Of a DNA stretch of 59,066 nucleotides, positions 26,456-34,660 are shown piece by piece (within the stretch, counting starts at the first letter, position 1; each line of letters starts with the position of its first letter). The notes under the pieces are model-generated. The model was given only the letters and a program-made list of their open reading frames with translations, ran no database searches and was not told the origin of the DNA. The DNA lies in assembly GCA_009776805.1 (NCBI GenBank), contig WRNB01000002.1, forward strand, positions 1 through 59,066, read 5' to 3'. The stretch comes from Candidatus Bathycorpusculum grumuli. Lineage in GTDB: Archaea; Thermoproteota; Bathyarchaeia; Bathyarchaeales; Bathycorpusculaceae. A program made the position numbers and the translations under genes.

Positions 26456-28741
26456 TTAGGGGATTATTCTTGTGTTGTATTCTTTTAGATATTCAAGGTG
26501 TATTGCATCGTAGGGATAGCTCTCTGAGTCGGTGTATGGGAAACCGGTCATGTTTAGGAAGGGCAATGGGTCAACGGTGAAAGTAAAACCATATCCCCAC
26601 TCATCAGGTGGATCTTTGAACCAACAAGCAACCACAAAGAAATAATCACGTGTCATCCCCTCTGCAGGTTCTAAAAGATCATCAATGCAAAATTGTAGCT
26701 TAACTTGGTCACCTTGCCGGCCGATAACAAACAGGTCATCTGTATCCTGTAGCAACTCTGTTACATCACCATAACGGGTGAAAGCTCCTGAAGACACAGA
26801 ATAAGTTTCCCATAGTTGTCTAAGCACTGCAGAAGATGGCTTTAACATTGTCAAGGTTATGTCCTGCTGGGGCGTTACATCTATACCTATGTAATCATAG
26901 GTTATGTTCCAAAAGTTTGTTAGTCGCACTACATATTTGGTGGTGTCTTTGGGGAATAGACCGGTTAGGTCAACAGTGAATGTTCTGGCAGTGTAGTCGC
27001 TGGGTAGAGGAATTTGGCGGTCTTGTGGAGTTTCTATCCATGTGCCGTCAGCGGCTAGAACCTCTAAGGTAGGCATGGGTACAATTGGTGTGTTTTCAGT
27101 TATCAGACCAGCTGCTGCAGCGGTTTGGAATTTACTTATCCAATCATAATATGTTTCAGCTGGTCCCCAATCGGCCATGGCTGTTATGACCAGTTTAATC
27201 TGGTCGGCCTCTGAGAGGTCGCCTAAGTTTAGTGTTAGCTGATTTTGAATGACATTATCCCATGATGGGCTGTCGTTGCCGTTTACGCCTGGGGTGAAGT
27301 TGCCGTCTTGCCAAAAAATTGCGCTTAGAACATCTTCGTCTTTCTCATTTATAGCACTTACTGGAACGAGAAGTGCGCCCGTGGAAGTGGTATAGATTTG
27401 TCCGGTATAACCCTTGTTGAGATAGTTAGTTAGGGAAGTGTAGACCTCTGTGTCTATGGGGTGATCAACAACGAGTAGGCTAGCATAGTCGAGGTAATAG
27501 AGTTCATCCCATTGTTGGAAAAGAGCAATATCAAAGTATCCATTTTTCGCATTTAGCACCTCTTTATCAAGTTTTACATAATCGTAGGGATTGCCGCCAA
27601 TGAAAATGATTTCTCCATTTGAATTAATATAGCCAGTGTAGCCTAACCAACCAGGGTTAGACACATCAGTAACATAGCTATAACTGTCACCATTCCAAAT
27701 GTATAGAGATGGACAGGAGGCATATCCACTGATTAAATTGTAATTGGCCACTAAGGTCATAGGCTTATCAAGTGTAAAAGTTAATGAAGGCTCTCTGGAA
27801 CTATAACCCTCACTCCAAGAGCCAAACTCTACAACACCAGTTCCAATATCAAGAACGGTGGGTACCACAACTTTGTATTGACCTGTTGGCAAAAGTACAG
27901 AAAATCGGGTTTCATGTGTTTCTCCATTAAGTGTAAAGGGCAAAGGAACACCTTCACCGCCTGAGCGGTCAATTATGAGTGTACAATAACCAACAGGCAC
28001 AACTGTTAGTGAACCGCTGAGACCATTTAGTTTAACAGTGTGTTTTCCTTCAGCAGATACGGTAACACTAAAGTCAACATTCATAGTACCGTGTGCTTCA
28101 ACTGTAATTAGTTTTGTATCAGCTATGGTATTATCAACTGTTAGTGTTATCTGTAAACTGTCTGTATCATCAGTGGGGTTTATTGCAGATGCAGATACCG
28201 TAGCAGATTTATCAGGCCAAATTTCATCAGGGTTAACTTTAAGACCGTAAAGCACTATTTTACTTGAATTAGTAGATGACTCAGTTAAATCATCAGATGA
28301 TTCAACTAAATCATCAGGCAATTCATCCAAGTCATCGATAGTTGCCTTTAGCAAAAAATAGGATACTAAATCTCCAATTTGTACAGTATAATTTCCCACA
28401 TCAATTTTAACAACTGTAAATTCAACAATTTCAGAAGTTTGTAAACCAGCAAGTGTTATACCTGCAGAATCCGCAATAGCTCCGTTTATTTCAAGATTAA
28501 CAGTGGTATAGCCCTCAATGGTGCCTATGTTTGTTACATTCACCGAGATCTGTATTGGTCGTCCTACTAAGGTTTCACGTGGGTTCACCATTAAATTAGT
28601 AAAAACAAAGTCAGCAGATTTAGCACTGACTGATAGGTCACTGTGAGTGGGAAGGTAAAAATATATGCCGGCAGCTATACCTACTATGATTAAATCAATA
28701 AGTAAGAATGTTTTTAGTTTACTTACGGTTGAACGAGACAA
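26456..28741 (-). CDS. Membrane-anchored surface protein: CARDB/Ig-like domains plus a large C-terminal domain starting SCPSLYIWNG
   Basis: N-terminal TM; two CARDB-like repeats (ISVNVTNIG; VSASAINPT). C-terminal motifs (SCPxLYxWxG, ELYYLDYASLLVVDHP, GDQVKLQF, VDPLPF) recall the domain at the end of bacterial FG-GAP/ASPIC-UnbV proteins (recalled, not searched). Confidence 0.7.
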   Translation of the reverse strand: MSRSTVSKLKTFLLIDLIIVGIAAGIYFYLPTHSDLSVSAKSADFVFTNLMVNPRETLVGRPIQISVNVTNIGTIEGYTTVNLEINGAIADSAGITLAGLQTSEIVEFTVVKIDVGNYTVQIGDLVSYFLLKATIDDLDELPDDLVESSDDLTESSTNSSKIVLYGLKVNPDEIWPDKSATVSASAINPTDDTDSLQITLTVDNTIADTKLITVEAHGTMNVDFSVTVSAEGKHTVKLNGLSGSLTVVPVGYCTLIIDRSGGEGVPLPFTLNGETHETRFSVLLPTGQYKVVVPTVLDIGTGVVEFGSWSEGYSSREPSLTFTLDKPMTLVANYNLISGYASCPSLYIWNGDSYSYVTDVSNPGWLGYTGYINSNGEIIFIGGNPYDYVKLDKEVLNAKNGYFDIALFQQWDELYYLDYASLLVVDHPIDTEVYTSLTNYLNKGYTGQIYTTSTGALLVPVSAINEKDEDVLSAIFWQDGNFTPGVNGNDSPSWDNVIQNQLTLNLGDLSEADQIKLVITAMADWGPAETYYDWISKFQTAAAAGLITENTPIVPMPTLEVLAADGTWIETPQDRQIPLPSDYTARTFTVDLTGLFPKDTTKYVVRLTNFWNITYDYIGIDVTPQQDITLTMLKPSSAVLRQLWETYSVSSGAFTRYGDVTELLQDTDDLFVIGRQGDQVKLQFCIDDLLEPAEGMTRDYFFVVACWFKDPPDEWGYGFTFTVDPLPFLNMTGFPYTDSESYPYDAIHLEYLKEYNTRIIP

Positions 28742-28925
28742 AATTTATACCTCTGCGTAATTTGTTGGATTTAATGAAGGGATTTTGGATGTTTTGTAAA
28801 GTTTGGGTTTATTGGTTATGTTGGTGGTTTGGTTAGTTATTGTAGTGGTGTATATGAGGTGGAGTATTGTTTTTTGCATGTTATCGCCAACTTTGTTGAA
28901 TGATGTATCAATCAACAAGAGATTT

Positions 28926-28965
28926 AATAAACCTTAAGTTCATTTTATTTAATCATAAGTTGATT
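28926..28965 (-). promoter_or_regulatory. Regulon promoter/operator motif (upstream of CARDB-polyferredoxin pair)
   Basis: aataaa-ccttaag-ttca-ttttat-ttaa-tcataa-gttgatt (one TTAA replaced by TTCA). Confidence 0.62.
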
Positions 28966-29115
28966 AACTAAAGTTTAACAGAATTAACTATAAAAATAAC
29001 CACAAATAACACGTATGAATTAATCACATTCACAACACTAAAACACAACAATAACACAAACAAATCAAATTATCAAAAAAGTTTTTAAAATAAAAAAAAA
29101 GTGGAAAATATTGAG

Positions 29116-30219
29116 TTATTTACTAAATAGTTCTGGATGGAGCATATTTGCAATATCCTCTAAAACATCTATGAATCTTGGTCCGCTTCGCGAATAAGCA
29201 TCATAATTGTATGGACTATAAACTCGCCCGTTTGCAATTGCGTTAATGTTTGACCAACCTGCACGTGCTTGAAGACTATTGATAGATGTTGATGTAATAA
29301 TTACATCAGGATTTTTAGCAATAACTATCTCGTTACTCACCTGAGGGTAAGCGGCGTTTATATCACCAAAAACGTTCACGCCACCAGCCAAAACAATAAG
29401 GCTATGTAAAAAACTGTCCGCACCTGCAGCATATGATCCAGTCAAATAACAAACATTGGGTTTATCTGTAATGTCTTCAACTTTAGTTGTTATAGCATCG
29501 ATGCGCGCTTGAAGGCTGTTTATTGTTGCTGCAGCTTTATCAGCATTACCAGTTGCTTTGCCAATAACGTCAATATTATTGAGTATTTTGTCGACACTAG
29601 TGGGGTTTAGCACTATTACAGTGTATCCTAAGTCACGTAGTTTATATGCTGCATCATTGCTTGCACCATCACCACTTGCAAAAATCAAGTCAGGATTTAG
29701 GGCCATTATAGGCTCTATTGCCGGTTGCCAATAATTACCGACGGTACTCATGTTTCCTGCTGTGATCCACGCTTTAAAGTTGTATGGGTAATTACAATAA
29801 TCTGTAACTCCGATAACTTGGTCACCTGCACCGGCAGCAAATACTGTTTCAGTTATACTGGGTGCTAAGGAGACGACACGTTTAGGAGCTGAGGTTATAG
29901 TTACTTTAACACCCTCATCATCAGTTACAGTTACGGGGAAAGCGGGAGTTGTGTTTTGGTTGGTGTTGGTATCAGTATTACTTGTTGATGTGCCAGAGCT
30001 TTCTTTGTTTTCTGAGTTGGCATTGGTTTGTGTTGGTGATGAGATGGGAGTTTTTGCAGAAGTTGATGGTGAGGTTTGAGTTTGGCCAGATTGTTGTGTT
30101 GGCGATTCAGAAGTGGGAGCGTTTGGGGATGCAATGTATTCGGTATAGATAACATAGGTTGCGGCAGATGCTATTAGAGCAATAAGGACAATTGCCACTA
30201 TTGTCATGCTTTTATTCAT
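29116..30219 (-). CDS. BtuF-like substrate-binding protein, paralogue B2, with Ser/Thr linker
   Basis: PKRVVSLAPSITETVFAAGAGDQVIGVTDYCNYP, GNYWQPAIEPIMALNPDL, SRSGPRFIDVLE; close paralogue of 22635-23579. Confidence 0.87.
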   Translation of the reverse strand: MNKSMTIVAIVLIALIASAATYVIYTEYIASPNAPTSESPTQQSGQTQTSPSTSAKTPISSPTQTNANSENKESSGTSTSNTDTNTNQNTTPAFPVTVTDDEGVKVTITSAPKRVVSLAPSITETVFAAGAGDQVIGVTDYCNYPYNFKAWITAGNMSTVGNYWQPAIEPIMALNPDLIFASGDGASNDAAYKLRDLGYTVIVLNPTSVDKILNNIDVIGKATGNADKAAATINSLQARIDAITTKVEDITDKPNVCYLTGSYAAGADSFLHSLIVLAGGVNVFGDINAAYPQVSNEIVIAKNPDVIITSTSINSLQARAGWSNINAIANGRVYSPYNYDAYSRSGPRFIDVLEDIANMLHPELFSK

Positions 30220-30268
30220 TTATTCATATCTCCAAATGTATATGGCAGTAGTTAATCTAACCAAAGTA

Positions 30269-30308
30269 TTTAAACCTGCACTTAATTAAACTTAACCATA
30301 AGTTGAAT
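30269..30308 (-). promoter_or_regulatory. Regulon promoter/operator motif (upstream of SBP B2)
   Basis: tttaaa-cctgcac-ttaa-ttaaac-ttaa-ccataa-gttgaat. Confidence 0.75.
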
Positions 30309-30418
30309 AACTTATCAACCTAACACACAAACATTTCAACACAAATTTAATTTAGCATTAGACACAACAATGCAAAAACTACCTCACTATCAAAAAAATA
30401 CAATATTTAGCTAAATTA

Positions 30419-30526
30419 TCTATGTGGGATTATCCGGTTGGGCATGCCGGGACCCACTATAGACTTCAGTTTCTCAACGGCTTTAGGCTGAGAATGTGTA
30501 GATGGAGTTTCGGATCTATCTGCACA
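30419..30526 (+). ncRNA. Candidate structured non-coding element, copy 2
   Basis: GC-enriched. Hairpin TCTATGTGGG..CCGG..CCGG..CCCACTATAGA, hairpin TTCTCA..TGAGAA containing ACGGCT, and a 12-bp stem (two G-U pairs on +) around TTCG. Homologous to 8235-8352. Confidence 0.5.
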
Positions 30527-30549
30527 AATAGATAATACCCAATCAAATA

Positions 30550-30589
30550 TATAAAGTTTAGTTTAAGTTAAGTTAATGTTTAGTTGATA
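30550..30589 (-). promoter_or_regulatory. Regulon promoter/operator motif with no adjacent CDS
   Basis: tataaa-gtttagt-ttaa-gttaag-ttaa-tgttta-gttgata. Confidence 0.68.
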
Positions 30590-30644
30590 ATATTCTGTAA
30601 AAAAAGAAAAAAATAGGAAACACTTACAAAAAATCAAACACAAT

Positions 30645-31826
30645 TCACGGATAACAATAAGCACCCACGCTAGATACACCGAAAAATTGTTGATTTAATT
30701 GTTGACTTACAACATCCGGATTAACATCTACAAATAGATCAGGTTGAAGCCATTTTGCAAAATACAAATAACCAATTACTGCACGTGTCCCACCTCGAGC
30801 ATTAAAATCACAAACATATACACGCCCATCCTTCACAGCATCCACACCCTGAAAATCAGGACGACCAAGTACGTCATTACGAGCAGCAATGAAATCATCG
30901 ACATTATGAGTAGGGCTGAGAATCAATTCAATAATTACCGCAGGATTTTTTTCAACAACAAACTCTGGACTTAATGTAGGTGAATAACTCGTTTCGTTTT
31001 CTGCAATATTAATACCTCCACCTTGATAAATACCTGATATAACAAAAGTTGAATATGGATAGCTGTACCAATCAAGAAAAACTGTAGGTTGGTCTTCACG
31101 AGACAATGTAGCTACACGATCTTTAACAAGAGTATTGTATGGTTGCACCCAATTAACGTATGCAGTTACTTGTTCTTTGTGTCCCACCACATCAGTTAAA
31201 TTTTGCATTAAAGAACAAGTATAATCCACTATTGTTTCCATAGCATACAATTCTGCAGAGGTCATTTGAGCAGGGTTTTTTGCTGGTTGAGGTTCAGTTG
31301 TATCGGCGATAAATATAGGTATGCCCTCACCTGTCAACAGATCATAGAGTTCAGTGTTGTAAGCTATCATTGAGTCAGAAATTATAATGTCAGGCTCTAG
31401 TTCAAGAATTTTTTCCACACTAGGTGAATAGGAATCAGTTCCTACAACGGGCACATTCAAAATTGATGGGGGAAAAGTTGCGTCAGTTGTTCGTCCAACG
31501 ATTAAATCTTGGCAACCCATGGCGCATAAGAGCTCTGTTAAAGCACCATTTAGGCTAACAATACGTAACACTTTATCAGGTACGGTAACAGTGCGGCCAG
31601 CAGCATCAGTAACGGTAGTGCCGGATGAGTCAGAGAATTTCTTAGCTAACGGACTATTGGCAGAGTTGGTTGGTGAAGATGGAGTAGACGGTTGTGTGAA
31701 AGAAGGCTGTTTATCAGATGAGAAAGGAGCGGGGCTGGATGTGTAAAATATATTGTAAGCAACGTAAAAAGTGACTACTACAATTAAGGCAATGAACACA
31801 GTGGCTATTATGGTTTTTTTATTCAT
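30645..31826 (-). CDS. ABC substrate-binding protein, cobalamin/Fe-chelate family, paralogue A3
   Basis: TDAAGRTVTVPDKVLRIVSL, EKILELEPDII, AVKDGRVYVCDFNARGG. Confidence 0.88.
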   Translation of the reverse strand: MNKKTIIATVFIALIVVVTFYVAYNIFYTSSPAPFSSDKQPSFTQPSTPSSPTNSANSPLAKKFSDSSGTTVTDAAGRTVTVPDKVLRIVSLNGALTELLCAMGCQDLIVGRTTDATFPPSILNVPVVGTDSYSPSVEKILELEPDIIISDSMIAYNTELYDLLTGEGIPIFIADTTEPQPAKNPAQMTSAELYAMETIVDYTCSLMQNLTDVVGHKEQVTAYVNWVQPYNTLVKDRVATLSREDQPTVFLDWYSYPYSTFVISGIYQGGGINIAENETSYSPTLSPEFVVEKNPAVIIELILSPTHNVDDFIAARNDVLGRPDFQGVDAVKDGRVYVCDFNARGGTRAVIGYLYFAKWLQPDLFVDVNPDVVSQQLNQQFFGVSSVGAYCYP

Positions 31827-31902
31827 TTTTTCACCCCCTTGAGCAGATGATTATTTTCAACTCTCCAAGAACAGGATATAATTGAAGTACCCAACCACCT
31901 TA

Positions 31903-31942
31903 TTTAAACCTAGTCTTAACTCAAATTAATCACAGGTTGAAT
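31903..31942 (-). promoter_or_regulatory. Regulon promoter/operator motif (upstream of SBP A3)
   Basis: tttaaa-cctagtc-ttaa-ctcaaa-ttaa-tcacag-gttgaat. Confidence 0.75.
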
Positions 31943-32244
31943 AAACAGAAGACTCAAAAAACACGCATCCCTTTTAATACCATCATATTGATACTCTGAT
32001 TGCTAAAACAATTTTAGAATCGATTACAACAACAAAAATTCTCTAACCAAATTTTCAAACAGCCGTCCCAATATTTCCATGAAAAACTACACCATCAACA
32101 AACCGATACTGAAAAAACAATAAAACCACCAAATTTCATGATAAAAAATAAACCAAAACCCAAACTCTAAACCCAAAACCACCCAAATAAAAAGAAACAT
32201 TTCACACTAAAAAAAGAAAAAGGTAGCTCAACTACCCCAAGTTT

Positions 32245-32994
32245 TCACACACTTGACCGTCTTAGAGCAACTTTGCACCCAATGAAAAAAACTACACCAA
32301 AAATCAAAAGACCCGCAAAGGACAACCAAGGAAAAGGCAAATCTAACAATATAGACCGCAAAAGCTCAGTAGAATGAGTCAAAGGCAGAAAATACAACAC
32401 ACCTTTAGCTACAGCAGGCAACTGGTTTAACGAAAAGAAAGTACCGCACAAAAAAGTCATAGGCAAAATCACCAGAGTACTAAAATTACTCATACCATGA
32501 TGAGAAGAGACGATAAAAGCTATAAGCACACCAAATAAAGCAAACACGAAACACGACAACAGCAATATCAAGAAAAACAATGGACTAATCAACATAGAAG
32601 GCGCAAGAATCAAACCTACTGCATATATAGCAACAGCACTAATCGCTCCCCTCACCATACCTATCAAAGCCTTACCTATAATAATAGCGTATGAACTAAC
32701 AGGAGACATCAAAAGCTCATCAAAACTTTTGTAATACATTTTATCCACTTGAAGCTTTGAAGCAGCACCATTAAAACTAATGGAAAAAGCCGTTAAAGCA
32801 ACAATACCCGGAATAACAAATGATAAATAAGGAAAACCATCTACAGCCATACCCCGACCTAAACCATAACCAAAAGCCACTAGATAAAGTAATGGAAGCA
32901 CAAGACTTGTAGCAATCAAAGACATCCAATGACGCCGCAGAACACGCAAATCAAGCCAAAAAACCGAATAAATATCACCAAGCATGCCCATCAT
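32245..32994 (-). CDS. ABC-2 type exporter permease
   Basis: YLSFVIPG, ELLMSPVS, PMTFLCGTFF, LPLTHSTELLR; 4-bp overlap with the ATPase. Confidence 0.9.
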   Translation of the reverse strand: MMGMLGDIYSVFWLDLRVLRRHWMSLIATSLVLPLLYLVAFGYGLGRGMAVDGFPYLSFVIPGIVALTAFSISFNGAASKLQVDKMYYKSFDELLMSPVSSYAIIIGKALIGMVRGAISAVAIYAVGLILAPSMLISPLFFLILLLSCFVFALFGVLIAFIVSSHHGMSNFSTLVILPMTFLCGTFFSLNQLPAVAKGVLYFLPLTHSTELLRSILLDLPFPWLSFAGLLIFGVVFFIGCKVALRRSSV

Positions 32995-33854
32995 TGATCA
33001 CCAACCTTTTCACCTGTTTGTTCAATAAAAACATCCTCCAAATTTGATTCCCGAATAATCACCGTTTTCGCTTCCGAAGACAACCCTTTAACATAATCAT
33101 TTGCAGCCTCTCGATTAGCAAAAAATTGATAATGAGTCTCTTTATTATCAGTAAGAATTTCAACAACTGTTGACCCCACTTTTTCACGAAGACCAGTAGG
33201 AGTATCTACAGCAATTAATTGCCCATGATGCATAATTCCAACACGATCACACAAAACCTCCGCCTCCTCAATATAATGAGTAGTAAGAAAAATTGTAGTA
33301 CCATCTTTGTTTAAACGCCGCACAAAATCCCATAAACGACGTCTGGTCTGAGCATCCAATCCAACAGTTGGCTCATCCAAAAACAACAACTTGGGCGCAT
33401 GAAGAAGACTACAAGCAATAGCTACCTTCTTTTTCATACCACCCGAAAGAGCATCAATTAATTGATTAGCACAATCTGCTAGCTCAATGTACTCTAACAA
33501 TTCTGCAATACGCTTCTTACGTTCAGAAGAACTCAAGTGTTGTATACGAGCATGAAACTCCATGTTCTCCAGAGCAGTTAAATCACGATCCAAACTCAAA
33601 TGCTGCTGAACAACACCTATCTCCTTTTTCACCTTAGCCGGCTCAGTTACTACATCATATCCACCAACAGAAACACGACCCGAAGTTGGACGCGTTAAAG
33701 TGGTCAACACACGAATGGTAGTTGTTTTTCCAGCACCATTAGGCCCTAAAAATCCAAAAATTTCACCCTTACGAACACTTAAATTCAAATTATTAATAGC
33801 CTTAACAGAACCATATTCCTTGCAAAGATTTTCAGTATAAATACAATCTATCAA
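32991..33854 (-). CDS. ABC exporter ATP-binding protein (DrrA/NodI-like)
   Basis: GPNGAGKTTT, LSGGMKKK, FLDEPTVGLD, LTTHYIEEAE. Confidence 0.92.
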   Translation of the reverse strand: MIDCIYTENLCKEYGSVKAINNLNLSVRKGEIFGFLGPNGAGKTTTIRVLTTLTRPTSGRVSVGGYDVVTEPAKVKKEIGVVQQHLSLDRDLTALENMEFHARIQHLSSSERKKRIAELLEYIELADCANQLIDALSGGMKKKVAIACSLLHAPKLLFLDEPTVGLDAQTRRRLWDFVRRLNKDGTTIFLTTHYIEEAEVLCDRVGIMHHGQLIAVDTPTGLREKVGSTVVEILTDNKETHYQFFANREAANDYVKGLSSEAKTVIIRESNLEDVFIEQTGEKVGDQ

Positions 33855-34639
33855 ACACTACCCTCCAATTTAAACGGCAAATGTTTTATATCAAAATTTT
33901 TCAAAGCCTCTGTAACCGCAGCCTTGGTAGCAAAACCAATTAACTCACCTATTTTAGTATGTCCACCAGTATGCTTGATTACTATATCAGGATTTACACC
34001 TGAAACAACAATCATACTATCAGTTCCTGTACCAGTAGCTTGCACCTGCGGCATATAAGAACTCTTATAATCAAAATCTTGCAACGCAGCAGTTTTAGCC
34101 TCTGTAGCAGACATTATAGCCCTAGCCATAGCACCCACAGTCAAAGTCACATTAGTTAACAAAATAATGTTTATAGTACCTGACATTAACTTCATATGAG
34201 TTTCATGTTCAACCCAGTTACCAGCATCTACACCCATACGCAAAGCATTATTACGTGCGCCACCCGTTGCAATACAACAAACATGAAAATCTCCATAGGT
34301 TTTCTCACAAACCGACACGGCCTCCATATTTACACCTGTACTTAGAAAAATAAAATCCCTTCGCTGAAGACCTAAAGCACTAGGAAACTGTTTCTTAAAT
34401 TTCTCATATCCCTGTAGAGACATATGCCGCGTTGATAAAGGATCTGGAACAAATATATTTCCTACGTTACGGACTTTTTGTAATCCATCCATAGTTGATA
34501 GAACTTGACGACGCTCATTAAATGAGATAAGAGTCAAGTTAAGTGATACATCTTCATACGTTTGATATACAACACGAGCATTTACTTCTTTAAATTGAAG
34601 ATCTATAGGAATTTCTTTCAATGTTACATGTTTACTCAT
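33851..34639 (-). CDS. cbiZ: Adenosylcobinamide amidohydrolase CbiZ-like
   Basis: STGVNM, ATGGARNNA, GTINIILL, ATEAKTAAL, ATGTGTD. Confidence 0.85.
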   Translation of the reverse strand: MSKHVTLKEIPIDLQFKEVNARVVYQTYEDVSLNLTLISFNERRQVLSTMDGLQKVRNVGNIFVPDPLSTRHMSLQGYEKFKKQFPSALGLQRRDFIFLSTGVNMEAVSVCEKTYGDFHVCCIATGGARNNALRMGVDAGNWVEHETHMKLMSGTINIILLTNVTLTVGAMARAIMSATEAKTAALQDFDYKSSYMPQVQATGTGTDSMIVVSGVNPDIVIKHTGGHTKIGELIGFATKAAVTEALKNFDIKHLPFKLEGSV

Positions 34640-34660
34640 TTATTTTTTTCTCCATTACTG

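Noticed and set aside
30419-30536. Cobalamin or TPP riboswitch
   Set aside because: The B12-box and GGGAA/GGUG-AA-UCC core are absent. The partial TPP-like words (UGAGA, CCGGAUAAU on the - strand) are not conserved in copy 1.
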